From a bacterium (GTDB lineage: Bacteria; UBA8248): 64,000 bases of DNA. The notes below the pieces were generated by a model. It was not told the origin of the DNA, ran no database searches, and worked only from the letters and a program-made list of their open reading frames with translations. Below are positions 52,078-62,042 of this stretch, one piece after another. The first letter of the stretch is position 1, and each line of letters starts with the position of its first letter. The stretch lies in assembly GCA_965200245.1 (NCBI GenBank), contig CBDATS010000005.1, positions 320,001 through 384,000 of the forward strand, in the 5' to 3' direction. The translations under genes and the position numbers were made by a program.

Positions 52078-52869
52078 GTGCTGGACGACTTCATCGTTCG
52101 CTCCGTGCTCGCAGGTATCGGGCTCGCTCTCGTGACCGGGCCGACGGGATGCTTCATCGTTTGGCGGAGGCTTGCCTATTTCGGTGAGATGATAGCCCAT
52201 TCGGCGCTTCTGGGCGTTGCCATCGCCATCCTGATCGACATACATCTGCCGGTCGGCATGTTCGTCGTCGCAACAGTAATCGTGCTCGCGATGTACTATC
52301 TTGAACGGCGCGATTCGCTGCCGACCGACACGCTGCTCGGTCTGTTTTCGCACGGCGGGCTCGCGATCGGTATCGTTCTGTTGTCGTTTTTCCCGAGAAT
52401 GCGACTAGACCTGCACGCGCTTCTGTTCGGGGATATTCTCGCCGTATCGCGCCTGGATCTGGCAGTGATCTGGATCGGAGGCGCGGCCGGACTGGCGGTT
52501 TTGTGGTGGATTTGGCGTCCGTTGCTCGCAGCAACTGTCAGCACGGAACTTGCCGCGGTGGCGGGGTTGCGGCCAGAACGCGCGCGTCTGATTTTCGGCA
52601 TCCTCCTGGCCGCGGTGATCGTCGCTGCGATCAAGATCGTGGGTGTCCTGTTGATCGTTGCCCTGCTGATCATTCCCGCAGCAACCGTCCGACGCATCGC
52701 TTCCAGTCCAGAGAAAATGGCGATGGGCGCGGCAGTCATGGGCATCCTTGCTGTGGCTGGAGGGCTGTTCGCATCGGCGACGCTGGACACGCCTTCCGGC
52801 CCTTCGATTGTGGTCGCGGCGCTGGTGCTGTTCATCGTCACCCAGGCCGTCGGCTCGGGATCGCGCTGA
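52078..52869 (+). CDS. znuB: Zn ABC transporter permease
   Basis: GCFIVWRRLAYFGE..AHSALLG, LFGDIL, ALLIIPAA and DTPSGPSIV. Confidence 0.92.
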   Translation: MLDDFIVRSVLAGIGLALVTGPTGCFIVWRRLAYFGEMIAHSALLGVAIAILIDIHLPVGMFVVATVIVLAMYYLERRDSLPTDTLLGLFSHGGLAIGIVLLSFFPRMRLDLHALLFGDILAVSRLDLAVIWIGGAAGLAVLWWIWRPLLAATVSTELAAVAGLRPERARLIFGILLAAVIVAAIKIVGVLLIVALLIIPAATVRRIASSPEKMAMGAAVMGILAVAGGLFASATLDTPSGPSIVVAALVLFIVTQAVGSGSR

Positions 52870-52954
52870 CCCGGGCTCCTGCAGTTCGGAAAGCCGACGG
52901 ACCGATAAGTACGTATTGTCCTCGTCCAGTTCGCGGAATTGGTGGTCACGCGGA

Positions 52955-53274
52955 AACGCTGTGTCGTTCCAGTTGTCGCGTCAGGCAAGCCGGCGCCCGG
53001 CAACGTTGGCCTCGATTGGCACGTGACGTGCGGCGTGGAAAAACAAATCCTTGAAGGCGAGTCGGCTCGCCTTCCGGTTGCTGAAGCTGAGCACGGCGAG
53101 TCGATTGCGCAGTAGTTTGCCGTTTTACTCCAGTACCAGTTCACATTCCTTGACGCAGGCAGCATGGTACATGTCGTGCACGAACCCTCCCGCTTTACGA
53201 TGAGCGTCCACCTCGCTGAAGGCGAACTCCAGTGTGCCGGTGCAACGGCGCAGGACTGTCGTATCGATGCTCAC
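52955..53274 (-). pseudogene. HEPN/nucleotidyltransferase substrate-binding (HI0074-like) pseudogene
   Basis: VSIDTTVLRRC...AACVKECELVLE*NGKLLRNRL...RLAFKDLFFHAARH...*RDNWNDTA; two stops and a degenerate RxxxxH. Confidence 0.65.
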
Positions 53275-53282
53275 GCACCGCC

Positions 53283-55028
53283 TTACACCAATGGAATGGA
53301 GCGATACTCGACCAGCGCTGACCGGCCCGTAATATCGACAATGCGAATCCGACACTCGTGGCCAAAGGCATCGGTGAGACGCAACTCTTCCCCGAACAGG
53401 AAGCCGACCGGCTGCTGCCTGCCCTCGTTGATGGCGATGTTGTCAGCATACAGATAAGTACGGTCGCTTGTGTCACGTATGGGGTTCAGTCGTCCTGACA
53501 GACCAGGGACGTGTCCGGTTGCATTCGAAAAGATTACAGCGCCTCCTCCCGGAAGGGGGGCGAGTTCAATTGTCAACACTCCCTCAGCGGGTATCCAGTG
53601 CTCTTCGCAGTGTGCAGCGTATCCGGATGCAGCGACAAAAACCCTCATCGGCAATTCAGTGGTGTAGAGGTCCACGCACCCCTCGCCGTCGAAGCCGGTG
53701 GTTGCCTCTTGCCAAGTCTTGTTCGGGTATAGTACCAGCAATTTCGCGCCGGGGAGCGGCTGACCATCCGCGAATACCTTGATGGTTACAGAGTCCGGGG
53801 TATTTTGATGCGATGCTGCCGAAACAGTCAGACGAAGGTCTTTTCCATCAAGCACGTGGTATTCAGGCTCTTTCCCGCAAAGCTCCCGAGTCTCTCGAAG
53901 GATGATGCGAACACCGTCACCTCGTCGTTCCATGAAATACTGTCGTTCATGAGAGCCATGAATGCCATTCACCGCCATGCGTCCAAGTATGGAGGCAAGC
54001 GCTTCGTTGCGGGTTGCCTGGGTCTCGGGCATGGCGTCTATCGTCATTCCGTTGGGCAACTCTCCGGGCGATACGAGTTCCAGACGGTCCTCGAACATGG
54101 ACAAGCGTATCCTCCGCTCCTTCATGGCGTAATCCCGGTGCACGACGGCGTTCACAATAGCCTCGAAAACGGCACGCAAACTATACTGTGGCACGTCCAC
54201 CCGTGCTGGCATTTTACGGGCAGCAACCTGCATGTTGCTTCGCACGAACAGCATCGCGTCATCGATCTGGCGATGTAACGGACCGGTGATCTCACGTGCG
54301 TCCAACTGGCCCGATGCACGATCCGTACCGTCGTAGCGAGTTGCCGAAATGGCAGCTTGAGGCAACCATTCCTGCGGCTCCCGTGTGCAGAGCAGGATAC
54401 CGGCAACCGTGGCCCTCTGAACGCCTGCTTGGTCATTCGCCAGCAGACGAAGCTGCCGCAGGGCGGCCTGCGGGTCCGCTGCCCCCTCGGCACTGAGCAA
54501 CGAACGCCAAAGTTCCTCGTCCAAGGTGCCAAATCCGGTGTCCGGAACGGGCTGCTTGTCAAACCAGAGAAACCTGGCCTGTGACCTAAGCTGAGCGAGG
54601 CGCAATTGTTCGTCGGTGCTCATTCGTCGGGCTGAACTTCCGATTCGCCGGTAGCTTCCACCCGGGCTCTCGTGCAGAGCGTGGCCCTGGGGAATCTCTA
54701 CCAGCAAGAACGACTTGCCGTAATCGAGTTCTCGTCGGGAGATGAAGGGGTACAGAGGAGGCTTGATCGCATCCGCGCAGATTTCGACAAGCAGTCGCTC
54801 AAGTACATCCATCTGCTCGCGCGACATGCCTGGCACTTCACCCGCATCGGTGACACCACAGAGCAACACACCGCCTTCTGCATTCGCGAAGGCGGCGATT
54901 TCGTCAGCCAGATGGTCGCGGCTTGGGCTCTTTGGGCGGTTTCCAGAAAACTCGATTTGCTTGAATTCCCAAACACTGTCTTCGCCCAAGCGCAACTGGC
55001 GTTCAATGTCGGTGTCGCTGATCTTCAT
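53283..55028 (-). CDS. AlbA_2 (Schlafen-like) domain + HATPase_c_4 protein with an extra C-terminal domain
   Basis: GEDSVWEFK, IAAFANAEGGVLLCGVTD, FEAIVNAVVHRDY, DRLELVSPG and ERRGDGV; ~170-aa beta-rich tail. Confidence 0.85.
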   Translation of the reverse strand: MKISDTDIERQLRLGEDSVWEFKQIEFSGNRPKSPSRDHLADEIAAFANAEGGVLLCGVTDAGEVPGMSREQMDVLERLLVEICADAIKPPLYPFISRRELDYGKSFLLVEIPQGHALHESPGGSYRRIGSSARRMSTDEQLRLAQLRSQARFLWFDKQPVPDTGFGTLDEELWRSLLSAEGAADPQAALRQLRLLANDQAGVQRATVAGILLCTREPQEWLPQAAISATRYDGTDRASGQLDAREITGPLHRQIDDAMLFVRSNMQVAARKMPARVDVPQYSLRAVFEAIVNAVVHRDYAMKERRIRLSMFEDRLELVSPGELPNGMTIDAMPETQATRNEALASILGRMAVNGIHGSHERQYFMERRGDGVRIILRETRELCGKEPEYHVLDGKDLRLTVSAASHQNTPDSVTIKVFADGQPLPGAKLLVLYPNKTWQEATTGFDGEGCVDLYTTELPMRVFVAASGYAAHCEEHWIPAEGVLTIELAPLPGGGAVIFSNATGHVPGLSGRLNPIRDTSDRTYLYADNIAINEGRQQPVGFLFGEELRLTDAFGHECRIRIVDITGRSALVEYRSIPLV

Positions 55029-55044
55029 CTCCGTGGTGGACTCC

Positions 55045-55632
55045 AAACCTTGAAATTTTTGGCGATAGTCCTGTCCAAGCGTGTCTCCTCTGCCTGCTGC
55101 TCTCCAAATTGAGCGACGAGCCGCTTCATTTTCGCCTCGAAAGGTTTCCTGTCATCTTTTTGCGGCGGTGCGCCCACGTAGCAGCAGGGGGTGAGCACAT
55201 GCCAGCTTTTGCACCTCGTCTATCGTCAGGCTCCTGCAGAAACCGAGAGCATCGGCATACTCCTCTGCGCTCTCACTGCTTCGCCATACATGATAGGCAC
55301 AGACAATGCAGACAACCTCCTCATCCGTCAACTCACGGTAGGTGCGGTCGACCATGCGGCCGAACACGCACACTCACCAGACATCACCTCCCTGATTGCG
55401 GGATTCTCGCGCTCGATCGCCGCTATGACATCATCGACGACCTAGCCGATGACAGGCTGCCACACCTGAGTCCTGAGATGGCCCCAGCGGTCATCCGGCG
55501 GAACGCAGAAGATGTTCTCAGCAAGATACTTGCCCCCAAGTCCTCGGCAGCCTCCGCGCCCCATTCGGCGAGGACAGAAGCGCAGCGTTCCCCGAAGACG
55601 TTGGAGATATACTTGAGGAAAATCAGATCCAA
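55045..55632 (-). pseudogene. hsdM: Type I restriction-modification methyltransferase (HsdM) remnant with internal deletion
   Basis: LIFLKYISNVF..AEWG, YLAENIFCVPP..RW and VDDVIAAIERENP joined to GRMVDRTYRELTDEE..YHVWR..GFCRS; frameshifts and stops. Confidence 0.8.
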
Positions 55633-55636
55633 AACG

Positions 55637-55874
55637 TGAAAGACTATCGGCTCTGGCCCTTCCGCCCTTCAAACCGCCAGCGCGCGCAAACTCATTCATG
55701 CTCTCAATATCATATTCTCGCTTGCCAGTCGCAACATATACAACAAACCTAGCGAGTTGACTGCTATCACGTGATCTTTCGGGCTTTTTTATCATAGTTC
55801 GGAAATTATGCCACAGACATTGCATAACACGCATGTTCGGTTTTGCTCTTGTATTTTCAAACTGACACACTATC
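55637..55874 (-). mobile_element. IS1-like element end with truncated small passenger ORF
   Basis: GATAGTGTGTCAGTTTGAAA terminus-like sequence, then MIKKPERSRDSSQLARFVVYVATG...RAGGLKGGRARADSLS. Confidence 0.45.
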
Positions 55875-55911
55875 TGACTTTTGAAGAGGTTGATGGGCGG
55901 GAGAGTAAGGG

Positions 55912-56148
55912 GTTTGTCAATTTCGGTTATAAATCCCGAGATTTATGAAAGATGAACTCGCAGAAAACATGGATACTTTCTTCAGGAATTTGCTCAATAT
56001 ACCCAAACCGAATCGCCTTCACCGACCAAGGAATATCTGGAACGTCGCTCTGATAAGATTCGGGGAGAACGGCGAGCCTGTTTTCGAGGAGGCAGACCAA
56101 GATTTATCAAAACTGAGGTGTTCCGTGGGTGCCAAGTGATTATAGCCT
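55912..56148 (+). mobile_element. Possible IS1595-family end remnant
   Basis: gtgccaagtgattatagcc resembles IS1595-type termini; small AT-rich ORF 55945-56139. Confidence 0.25.
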
Positions 56149-56159
56149 CTCAAGTACCT

Positions 56160-56640
56160 TCACGAGCGCAGGATTTGAATCTTTTAACCCTTTTGTATTT
56201 TCAGCCATCGTTTCCATGGTTTGTTGAAGGGCCTTGTTCAGGACTTCAGATGCTTCCGAGCGTTTTTCATTTGCCTGTATCATGGTATGGATACCATATC
56301 CGATAAGAACAAGAGTCGCGAAGTTTGTACCAATATTTGCAAGTTCTATTATCGTTTCCTTTTGGCAGGGGCGCCTTCATCGCACGGTACGCTTTTATTA
56401 CTATTCCCGAAATTTACTCGAGTTACATCCACTCCCCCGACAATGTCGAGCAATTCATCCACAGCCGCGTCCTCTGCTTTTGAGACATACTTCTTGACGT
56501 ATTCCAGAATGGCTCTTTCCGGGTTTCTGCTTTCCTAGATCTCTTTCCGATGGTCTTTTAGGTCTTTGAATAGATCCTCTGTGATTCATTTCAGCATTTG
56601 GCCTGAAAATATCTGGGGTCCAATCAAGCAAGGTTGACAA
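56160..56640 (-). pseudogene. Degraded AT-rich hypothetical gene
   Basis: Protein-like frame (RAILEYVKKYVSKAEDAAVDELLDIVGG...LNKALQQTMETMAE) with internal stops. Confidence 0.3.
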
Positions 56641-56818
56641 GCTATCAGCAACCTTTGCAGAAAAATAATAAAACCAAGGGAATCACGTCTGCAACTTACT
56701 GCGCGCGTTGGTTGGGAATGATTCAGGAGGCACACCTTAATGTAAGCAGGGATACCGGAAAACGACTTGTACATGATACGCTATAGAAATCGATACGTTC
56801 AGGGAGAAAGAGACACCA

Positions 56819-58087
56819 ATGCTGCATCCCGATTTCGAGCGCTGCTCGCGACACATTACCGCCGACGCCGTTCGCGAATTGCTGAGCGACATGGTGGACA
56901 TCCCCAGCCCCACAGGTGGGGAAGCCGAGATGGCGCGTTATATGGTCGAGCACATGGCGAATGCCGGGCTGGGGACCCGCCTTCAGGAGGTCGACCCCGG
57001 AAGGCCAAACGCGGTCGGCGTACACGAAGGCGCGGGCGATGGCGTGAATCTGCTCCTCACGGGCCACATGGACACCTCTTACGACGGGGATGAGGACTAC
57101 CTGAGCGGCGAAGGGTTCAAGCCCCGGTCCGTCCACCGAGACGGCTGGATGTGGGGCCTGGGCGCGAACAACATGAAGAGCGGCCTTGCGGGTGCGATGG
57201 CAGCCATCGAGGCCATCTGCCGCGAGGAGGTCGCCTTGCGCGGCGATGTTTCTCTCGCAGGCGTGGTGGGCGAGATAGAAAAGGCACCCGTGGACGAGTT
57301 CTCGGGTCAATCCTTTTCGGGCTATGGGACGGGCACGCGATATCTCATCCTGCACGGAGAAACCGCGGATTGCGCCATCCTCGCCGAGCCGACCGGACTT
57401 AAGGTGTCGAACGCGAACATGGGGGTGGTGTGGGCGAAGATCACCGTGAGCGGCACCATAAGCCACAGCGTTTTCTCGAACCGACCAGGGATCGTGAACG
57501 CCGTGCGCGCGATTCACAAGATTCAAAGCGCCGTCGAACAATGGATTCCTGATTACGAGGCCAGGCACTCCTGCATGGGCGAGCACCCCAACGTGACGAT
57601 AGCCGCCGTCCGGGGCGGTTGGCCATGGCGGCTTTCCAGAAACCCTGCCGAGGCGAGCCTCTATCTCGACATCCGTACCGTGCCGGGCCAGAGGAGCGAA
57701 GACATCAAGCGCGATCTGCGCGCCGTACTCGAAGGTGCCTCCGATGAAACCTGCCGGGCCACGCTCACCTTCTACGTGAACGATCCGCCCACGCTGCTTG
57801 ATGCGGATGCCCCTCTCGTTCAGGCCGCGCTCAGGGCGCACGAGGAAGTGACGGGCGAAGCTTCCGCGCCCGTCATCAGGAGGCCTGCGGCCGATTCCAC
57901 GCATTTCAACCACTACGATATCCCATGCGTTTGCTATGGCCCCGGCGGACGAATGCACCCAGACGCCATGAAAAAGGGACTCATGCACGCCGTGGGCGAG
58001 CATGTACTCATTGAGGATGTGGTGACGGCGGCCAGAGTCTACCTCGCCGCCGCCCTTTCGATTTGCAGCCAGCAAGCCCATTCATAG
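56819..58087 (+). CDS. M20 family metallopeptidase (ArgE/DapE-like)
   Basis: IPSPTGGE, GHMDTS, GLGANNMKSG, AEPT, YGPG and HAVGEHV. Confidence 0.88.
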   Translation: MLHPDFERCSRHITADAVRELLSDMVDIPSPTGGEAEMARYMVEHMANAGLGTRLQEVDPGRPNAVGVHEGAGDGVNLLLTGHMDTSYDGDEDYLSGEGFKPRSVHRDGWMWGLGANNMKSGLAGAMAAIEAICREEVALRGDVSLAGVVGEIEKAPVDEFSGQSFSGYGTGTRYLILHGETADCAILAEPTGLKVSNANMGVVWAKITVSGTISHSVFSNRPGIVNAVRAIHKIQSAVEQWIPDYEARHSCMGEHPNVTIAAVRGGWPWRLSRNPAEASLYLDIRTVPGQRSEDIKRDLRAVLEGASDETCRATLTFYVNDPPTLLDADAPLVQAALRAHEEVTGEASAPVIRRPAADSTHFNHYDIPCVCYGPGGRMHPDAMKKGLMHAVGEHVLIEDVVTAARVYLAAALSICSQQAHS

Positions 58088-58174
58088 AGCAGGGAAAGTG
58101 CGACATCCCAAATTTTTGGGGCGGGCGCAAACGGTTCGACCTTCAGGAGTAAATCAACCGAAAAGGAAATCCGC

Positions 58175-59350
58175 ATGGACTTCGAACTGAGTGAAGAACA
58201 GAAAAACCTGCAACTCCTTGCTCGAAAATTCGCAATGGAGGAGATGCTGCCTGTCGTGGCCGAACTCGAAAAACGGCCTGACGGGGAGGACAAGTTCGCC
58301 TATGATCTGGTGAAGAGAGGTACGGAACTCGGTTTCCACTCCCTCGGCGTGCCCGAAGCACACGGGGGAGACGGGGCGAGTGTGCTCACCCAGTGCGTCG
58401 TGGTCGAGGAACTCTCCGTCGGATCGCCATCGGTCTCCAAGGTATACAGCCACAACTGGAAGGCAATAGCGGGCCTCATCGCCGTGGCGACGCCCGAACA
58501 ACTCGCCCGCGTAATACCCGACTATCTCGAAGACCCTCTCTATTGCATCGGCATCGCCATCACGGAGCCCAATGCGGGCAGCGATAATGCTCTTCCCTTC
58601 GACGCGGACCCCGCAGCGGGTCCGACCCTGAGGGCGGTACGCGAGGGAGATTATTACGTCTTAAGCGGATTGAAGCACTACATCGCCATGGGCGCACAGG
58701 CGAAATACGTCACCGCCTTCGCCCGGACGGACAAGAGCGTCCCGTGGACGAAGGGCGTTACGGGCTTCATGATCTTCCCACCGCACGAGGGCTTCGAGGT
58801 CGGCAGGCTGCACGAGAAGGTGGGACTCAGGTGCTATCCCCAGCACGATCTCATCTTCCGCGACGTGCGCGTTCCTGTGGAAGACCGCCTGGGGGAGGAA
58901 GACGCATTCCAGGAGGGCAGAAAGAGCGTCGTCAATCTCGGCACCGTGGAAGCGACGGCCACCTCAATCGGCATCGCCCGGCGCGCCTACGATCTGGCGA
59001 TTGGCTACGCGCGCGAACGCGTACAGGGCGGAAAACCCATCATTGAGCACGATCTGATAGGCACGCTCCTGCTTGAGATGTTTACCCGCCTGGAAGCCGC
59101 GAGGACGCTTCTCTGGCGTGCTGCATGGAGCATCGACAAGGGCGTGAACGATCAGAAATTCACGCGGGCGACCAAGGTGTTCGCCGTCGAATCGCTTAAC
59201 TACCTGGCAACCAAGGCGGTGGAAATTTGGGGCGGCACGGGCGTGATGAAGGACGCGCCGGTTGAGAAGGTCTACCGAGACGCGATTCAACTCTACCACA
59301 TGGGCAACACGAACCAGGTGAACGTCTTGAAAGCCCTGCCCCATTTGTAA
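58175..59350 (+). CDS. Acyl-CoA dehydrogenase family protein
   Basis: MDFELSEEQ, AITEPNAGSD, LSGLKHYI, RVQGGKPI and WGGTGVMKDAPVEKVYRDA. Confidence 0.92.
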   Translation: MDFELSEEQKNLQLLARKFAMEEMLPVVAELEKRPDGEDKFAYDLVKRGTELGFHSLGVPEAHGGDGASVLTQCVVVEELSVGSPSVSKVYSHNWKAIAGLIAVATPEQLARVIPDYLEDPLYCIGIAITEPNAGSDNALPFDADPAAGPTLRAVREGDYYVLSGLKHYIAMGAQAKYVTAFARTDKSVPWTKGVTGFMIFPPHEGFEVGRLHEKVGLRCYPQHDLIFRDVRVPVEDRLGEEDAFQEGRKSVVNLGTVEATATSIGIARRAYDLAIGYARERVQGGKPIIEHDLIGTLLLEMFTRLEAARTLLWRAAWSIDKGVNDQKFTRATKVFAVESLNYLATKAVEIWGGTGVMKDAPVEKVYRDAIQLYHMGNTNQVNVLKALPHL

Positions 59351-59540
59351 GGACGCCAAGGGAATTACGGACCCTTGTCTTTTGTGCGGTTTTTGAGGAT
59401 TCTATCCACGTATGTGCGGGACACATACATGCGTCCCGCGCCACAGAGCCGGCAGGGAATTCATTTGCTCAAAGCCGCCGGGAGACCGACAGGGACGCAT
59501 ATATACGTCCCTACAGACGAACCGGAAAGCAGGAAGGGGT

Positions 59541-59945
59541 ATGAGAATGATCGAGAAAACAGAAGCGCAGTGGCGGGAACAACTGACGTCCGAGCAATAC
59601 CACGTGACAAGGGAGGCGGGTACCGAGCGCGCCTTCAGCGGAAAATACTGGGACTGCCACGAAGATGGTATCTACAAGTGCGTGTGCTGCGGTGCGGAGC
59701 TTTTTGGCTCGGATACCAAATTCGACTCAGGCACGGGCTGGCCGAGCTTTTACCAGCCCCTCAAGTCTGAAAATGTGGGCGAGAAAGAGGACAATTCCTT
59801 CTGGATGCGCCGCGTGGAGGTGGTATGTTCGAACTGCGACGCGCACCTGGGTCACGTATTCCCCGACGGTCCACCGCCCACGGGGCTTCGCTACTGCATC
59901 AACTCGGCATCCTTGGACTTGATACCCAAGCCCGCAACCGATTAA
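59541..59945 (+). CDS. msrB: Peptide-methionine (R)-S-oxide reductase
   Basis: [27 protein letters not shown] and RYCINSAS. Confidence 0.97.
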   Translation: MRMIEKTEAQWREQLTSEQYHVTREAGTERAFSGKYWDCHEDGIYKCVCCGAELFGSDTKFDSGTGWPSFYQPLKSENVGEKEDNSFWMRRVEVVCSNCDAHLGHVFPDGPPPTGLRYCINSASLDLIPKPATD

Positions 59946-60033
59946 GGCCGGACGGGGAACACATACATCAAGGGACGCTTCACGCGCGATCAGCGAGGAG
60001 CGTCCTTTGCACGAATGAATGGAGAGGATATTC

Positions 60034-60477
60034 ATGACGATTCAACGCTTTCATAACGTATCGCTCACAGTGAAAGGCGCAGACGCATCCGCCGCATGGT
60101 ATGCCGAGAACTTCGGTTTCGAGGTGGAATCGGATTCCGAGCGCACGCCTGATTTCTCGGCCCAGGTAACGGGTGTTCCCGGCGCACACCTTCGCGTGGT
60201 GCATATGGGCGGCCACGGGCTGCACCTCGAACTCATGGAATACAAGGGCGCGTCTGGCGATGCGGTGAACACCTCTCCCAACAACGCGGGCTGTCTGCAA
60301 ATCGGTTTTGTGGTGGACGACGCAGAAACTCTCTATGAAAAACTCAAATCACAGGGAACCGTTATGTGTTCCCCCTCCCCTGCTACCGTGCCGAGCGGCC
60401 CAATACAGGGTTCCAAGATTTTTTTCTGCAAAGATCCCGACGGCGTGGTGCTGAAGTTTTTGTCTATCAAGAAGTAG
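60034..60477 (+). CDS. VOC family protein
   Basis: WYAENFGF, LELMEY, IGFVVDD and FCKDPDG. Confidence 0.82.
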   Translation: MTIQRFHNVSLTVKGADASAAWYAENFGFEVESDSERTPDFSAQVTGVPGAHLRVVHMGGHGLHLELMEYKGASGDAVNTSPNNAGCLQIGFVVDDAETLYEKLKSQGTVMCSPSPATVPSGPIQGSKIFFCKDPDGVVLKFLSIKK

Positions 60478-60889
60478 GTGGAGGCTTCCTCCTCGCGGGG
60501 GGCTTTGATTTTCGCTTGACTCCGCAGGGGCGGACTGTGGGCCGTTCCTGTGTGGAATTTACTCGTCCATTCCCGCTCCACCTGGGGTGCAAACTCAGTA
60601 GCAATTGCACGAACGTTGTGGAGTTCCCGAGGGTGCGGACGCAGTTCCAGAATCTCCATTCCGTGATGTAATAAACCATCACCTGTACGTTCTCGGCCGA
60701 GCCGGGTCAGGGGAGCGATTTCGCCGTTCAAGTATACGTTGAACCGGCTGGTAACGCCGAAGGCACTCATCAAAGCCCACCCGTCCGCTCTTGCGGTTGC
60801 TTCCCTCGGGGGTCACAATGCGCCCGCTTCGCCCTGCAAGGCGTTGCGATGGTTCCAGAACCTTCTAATTGGTCGAAAGGGGAGATGCC

Positions 60890-61885
60890 ATGAAAAAGCC
60901 ATCCATCGCGATAGTGACGACCGGGGGAACGATTTCGTCGAAATACGACACGCGCGGGGGGGAGAACGTACCCGCAGCCAGTGGAGAAGAGTTGATCGCA
61001 TCCGTTCCCGAACTCTCGGGCTTCACGCTAGCTCACGTGGTCGAGCACTCGAACGTCACCAGCGACTTGATGGAGACGGCAACGGCCTTTGGTCTGCGTG
61101 ACCTCCTGCGCACGATTCTGGCGGATGAGGAGACGGCAGGGGCTGTGGTCACCCACGGAACAGCTACCATGGAGGAGACGGCCTATCTCCTAGACCTCAC
61201 GCTCGGTGGTGAGAAACCCGTCGTGGTTACAGGCGCAATGCGCAACTCCGTAGCCCGCGACGCCGACGGCCCGAGAAACATCTTCTACGCCGCGAAGATT
61301 GCCGCAGACCTCGATGCGCGCGACCGCGGCGTGATGGTCGCATTCGATGGCGAGATTTTCGCCGCGCGCGACGTCATCAAGGTGCACTCTCAGCGGCCCC
61401 ACGCATTCGCTTCAAGAGACGGCGGACCCATCGGTATCGTTTCGGACGAAGGCGTCTGCTTCCACTATCTGCCTGAGCGGCGCCTCCATTTCGAGGTATC
61501 GGCTCTCAGGGAAAACGTGCAGTTTCTCACCGTGACCCAAGGAGTAAACGACCTGCTCGTGCGCGCGTGCATCCGCGAGCATGTGGACGGCATCGTGGTG
61601 GAGGGCGTCGGCGCCGGCAATGTGAACCTTCCCTTCTACCATGCCCTTTGCGACGCTATGGAAACGGGAATCCCCGTGGTGCTCGGGGTGCGCATTTTCG
61701 CGGGCGCGCCCCATCGTGCGAAGGCGCATGCGGGTTCTTTCCTGAGCCTGATCGAGCGCGGGGCGATTTCCGCAGGCTATCTGAGCGGCATCAAGGCCCG
61801 CACCCTCCTGATGGTGGCGCTTTCGCACACGCAGGACCGAGAGGAGTTGCGCGATATTTTCGAGCGTGCCGGAGGCCGGGCGTGA
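60890..61885 (+). CDS. Asparaginase family protein
   Basis: TTGGTIS, THGTATMEETAY, PVVVTGAMR, DGPRN and GVGAGN. Confidence 0.9.
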   Translation: MKKPSIAIVTTGGTISSKYDTRGGENVPAASGEELIASVPELSGFTLAHVVEHSNVTSDLMETATAFGLRDLLRTILADEETAGAVVTHGTATMEETAYLLDLTLGGEKPVVVTGAMRNSVARDADGPRNIFYAAKIAADLDARDRGVMVAFDGEIFAARDVIKVHSQRPHAFASRDGGPIGIVSDEGVCFHYLPERRLHFEVSALRENVQFLTVTQGVNDLLVRACIREHVDGIVVEGVGAGNVNLPFYHALCDAMETGIPVVLGVRIFAGAPHRAKAHAGSFLSLIERGAISAGYLSGIKARTLLMVALSHTQDREELRDIFERAGGRA

Positions 61886-62042
61886 AGTAAATACCGAGAA
61901 GGGAGCGCGGAATCCCGGCAGAGGATGAAGGTACATGAAGAGACACACAGGGCTCTTTCCTGGAAGAGCATAATCAGTTCTGCCTTATTCGGCAAAAATC
62001 CGCATTTACCCCACACTAGTGCGCGGGAAAAAGGTGCCGGGA

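Noticed and set aside
60480-60800. Possible gene fragment on the minus strand (ORF 60333-60773)
   Set aside because: Overlaps the VOC gene and shows no identifiable family motif
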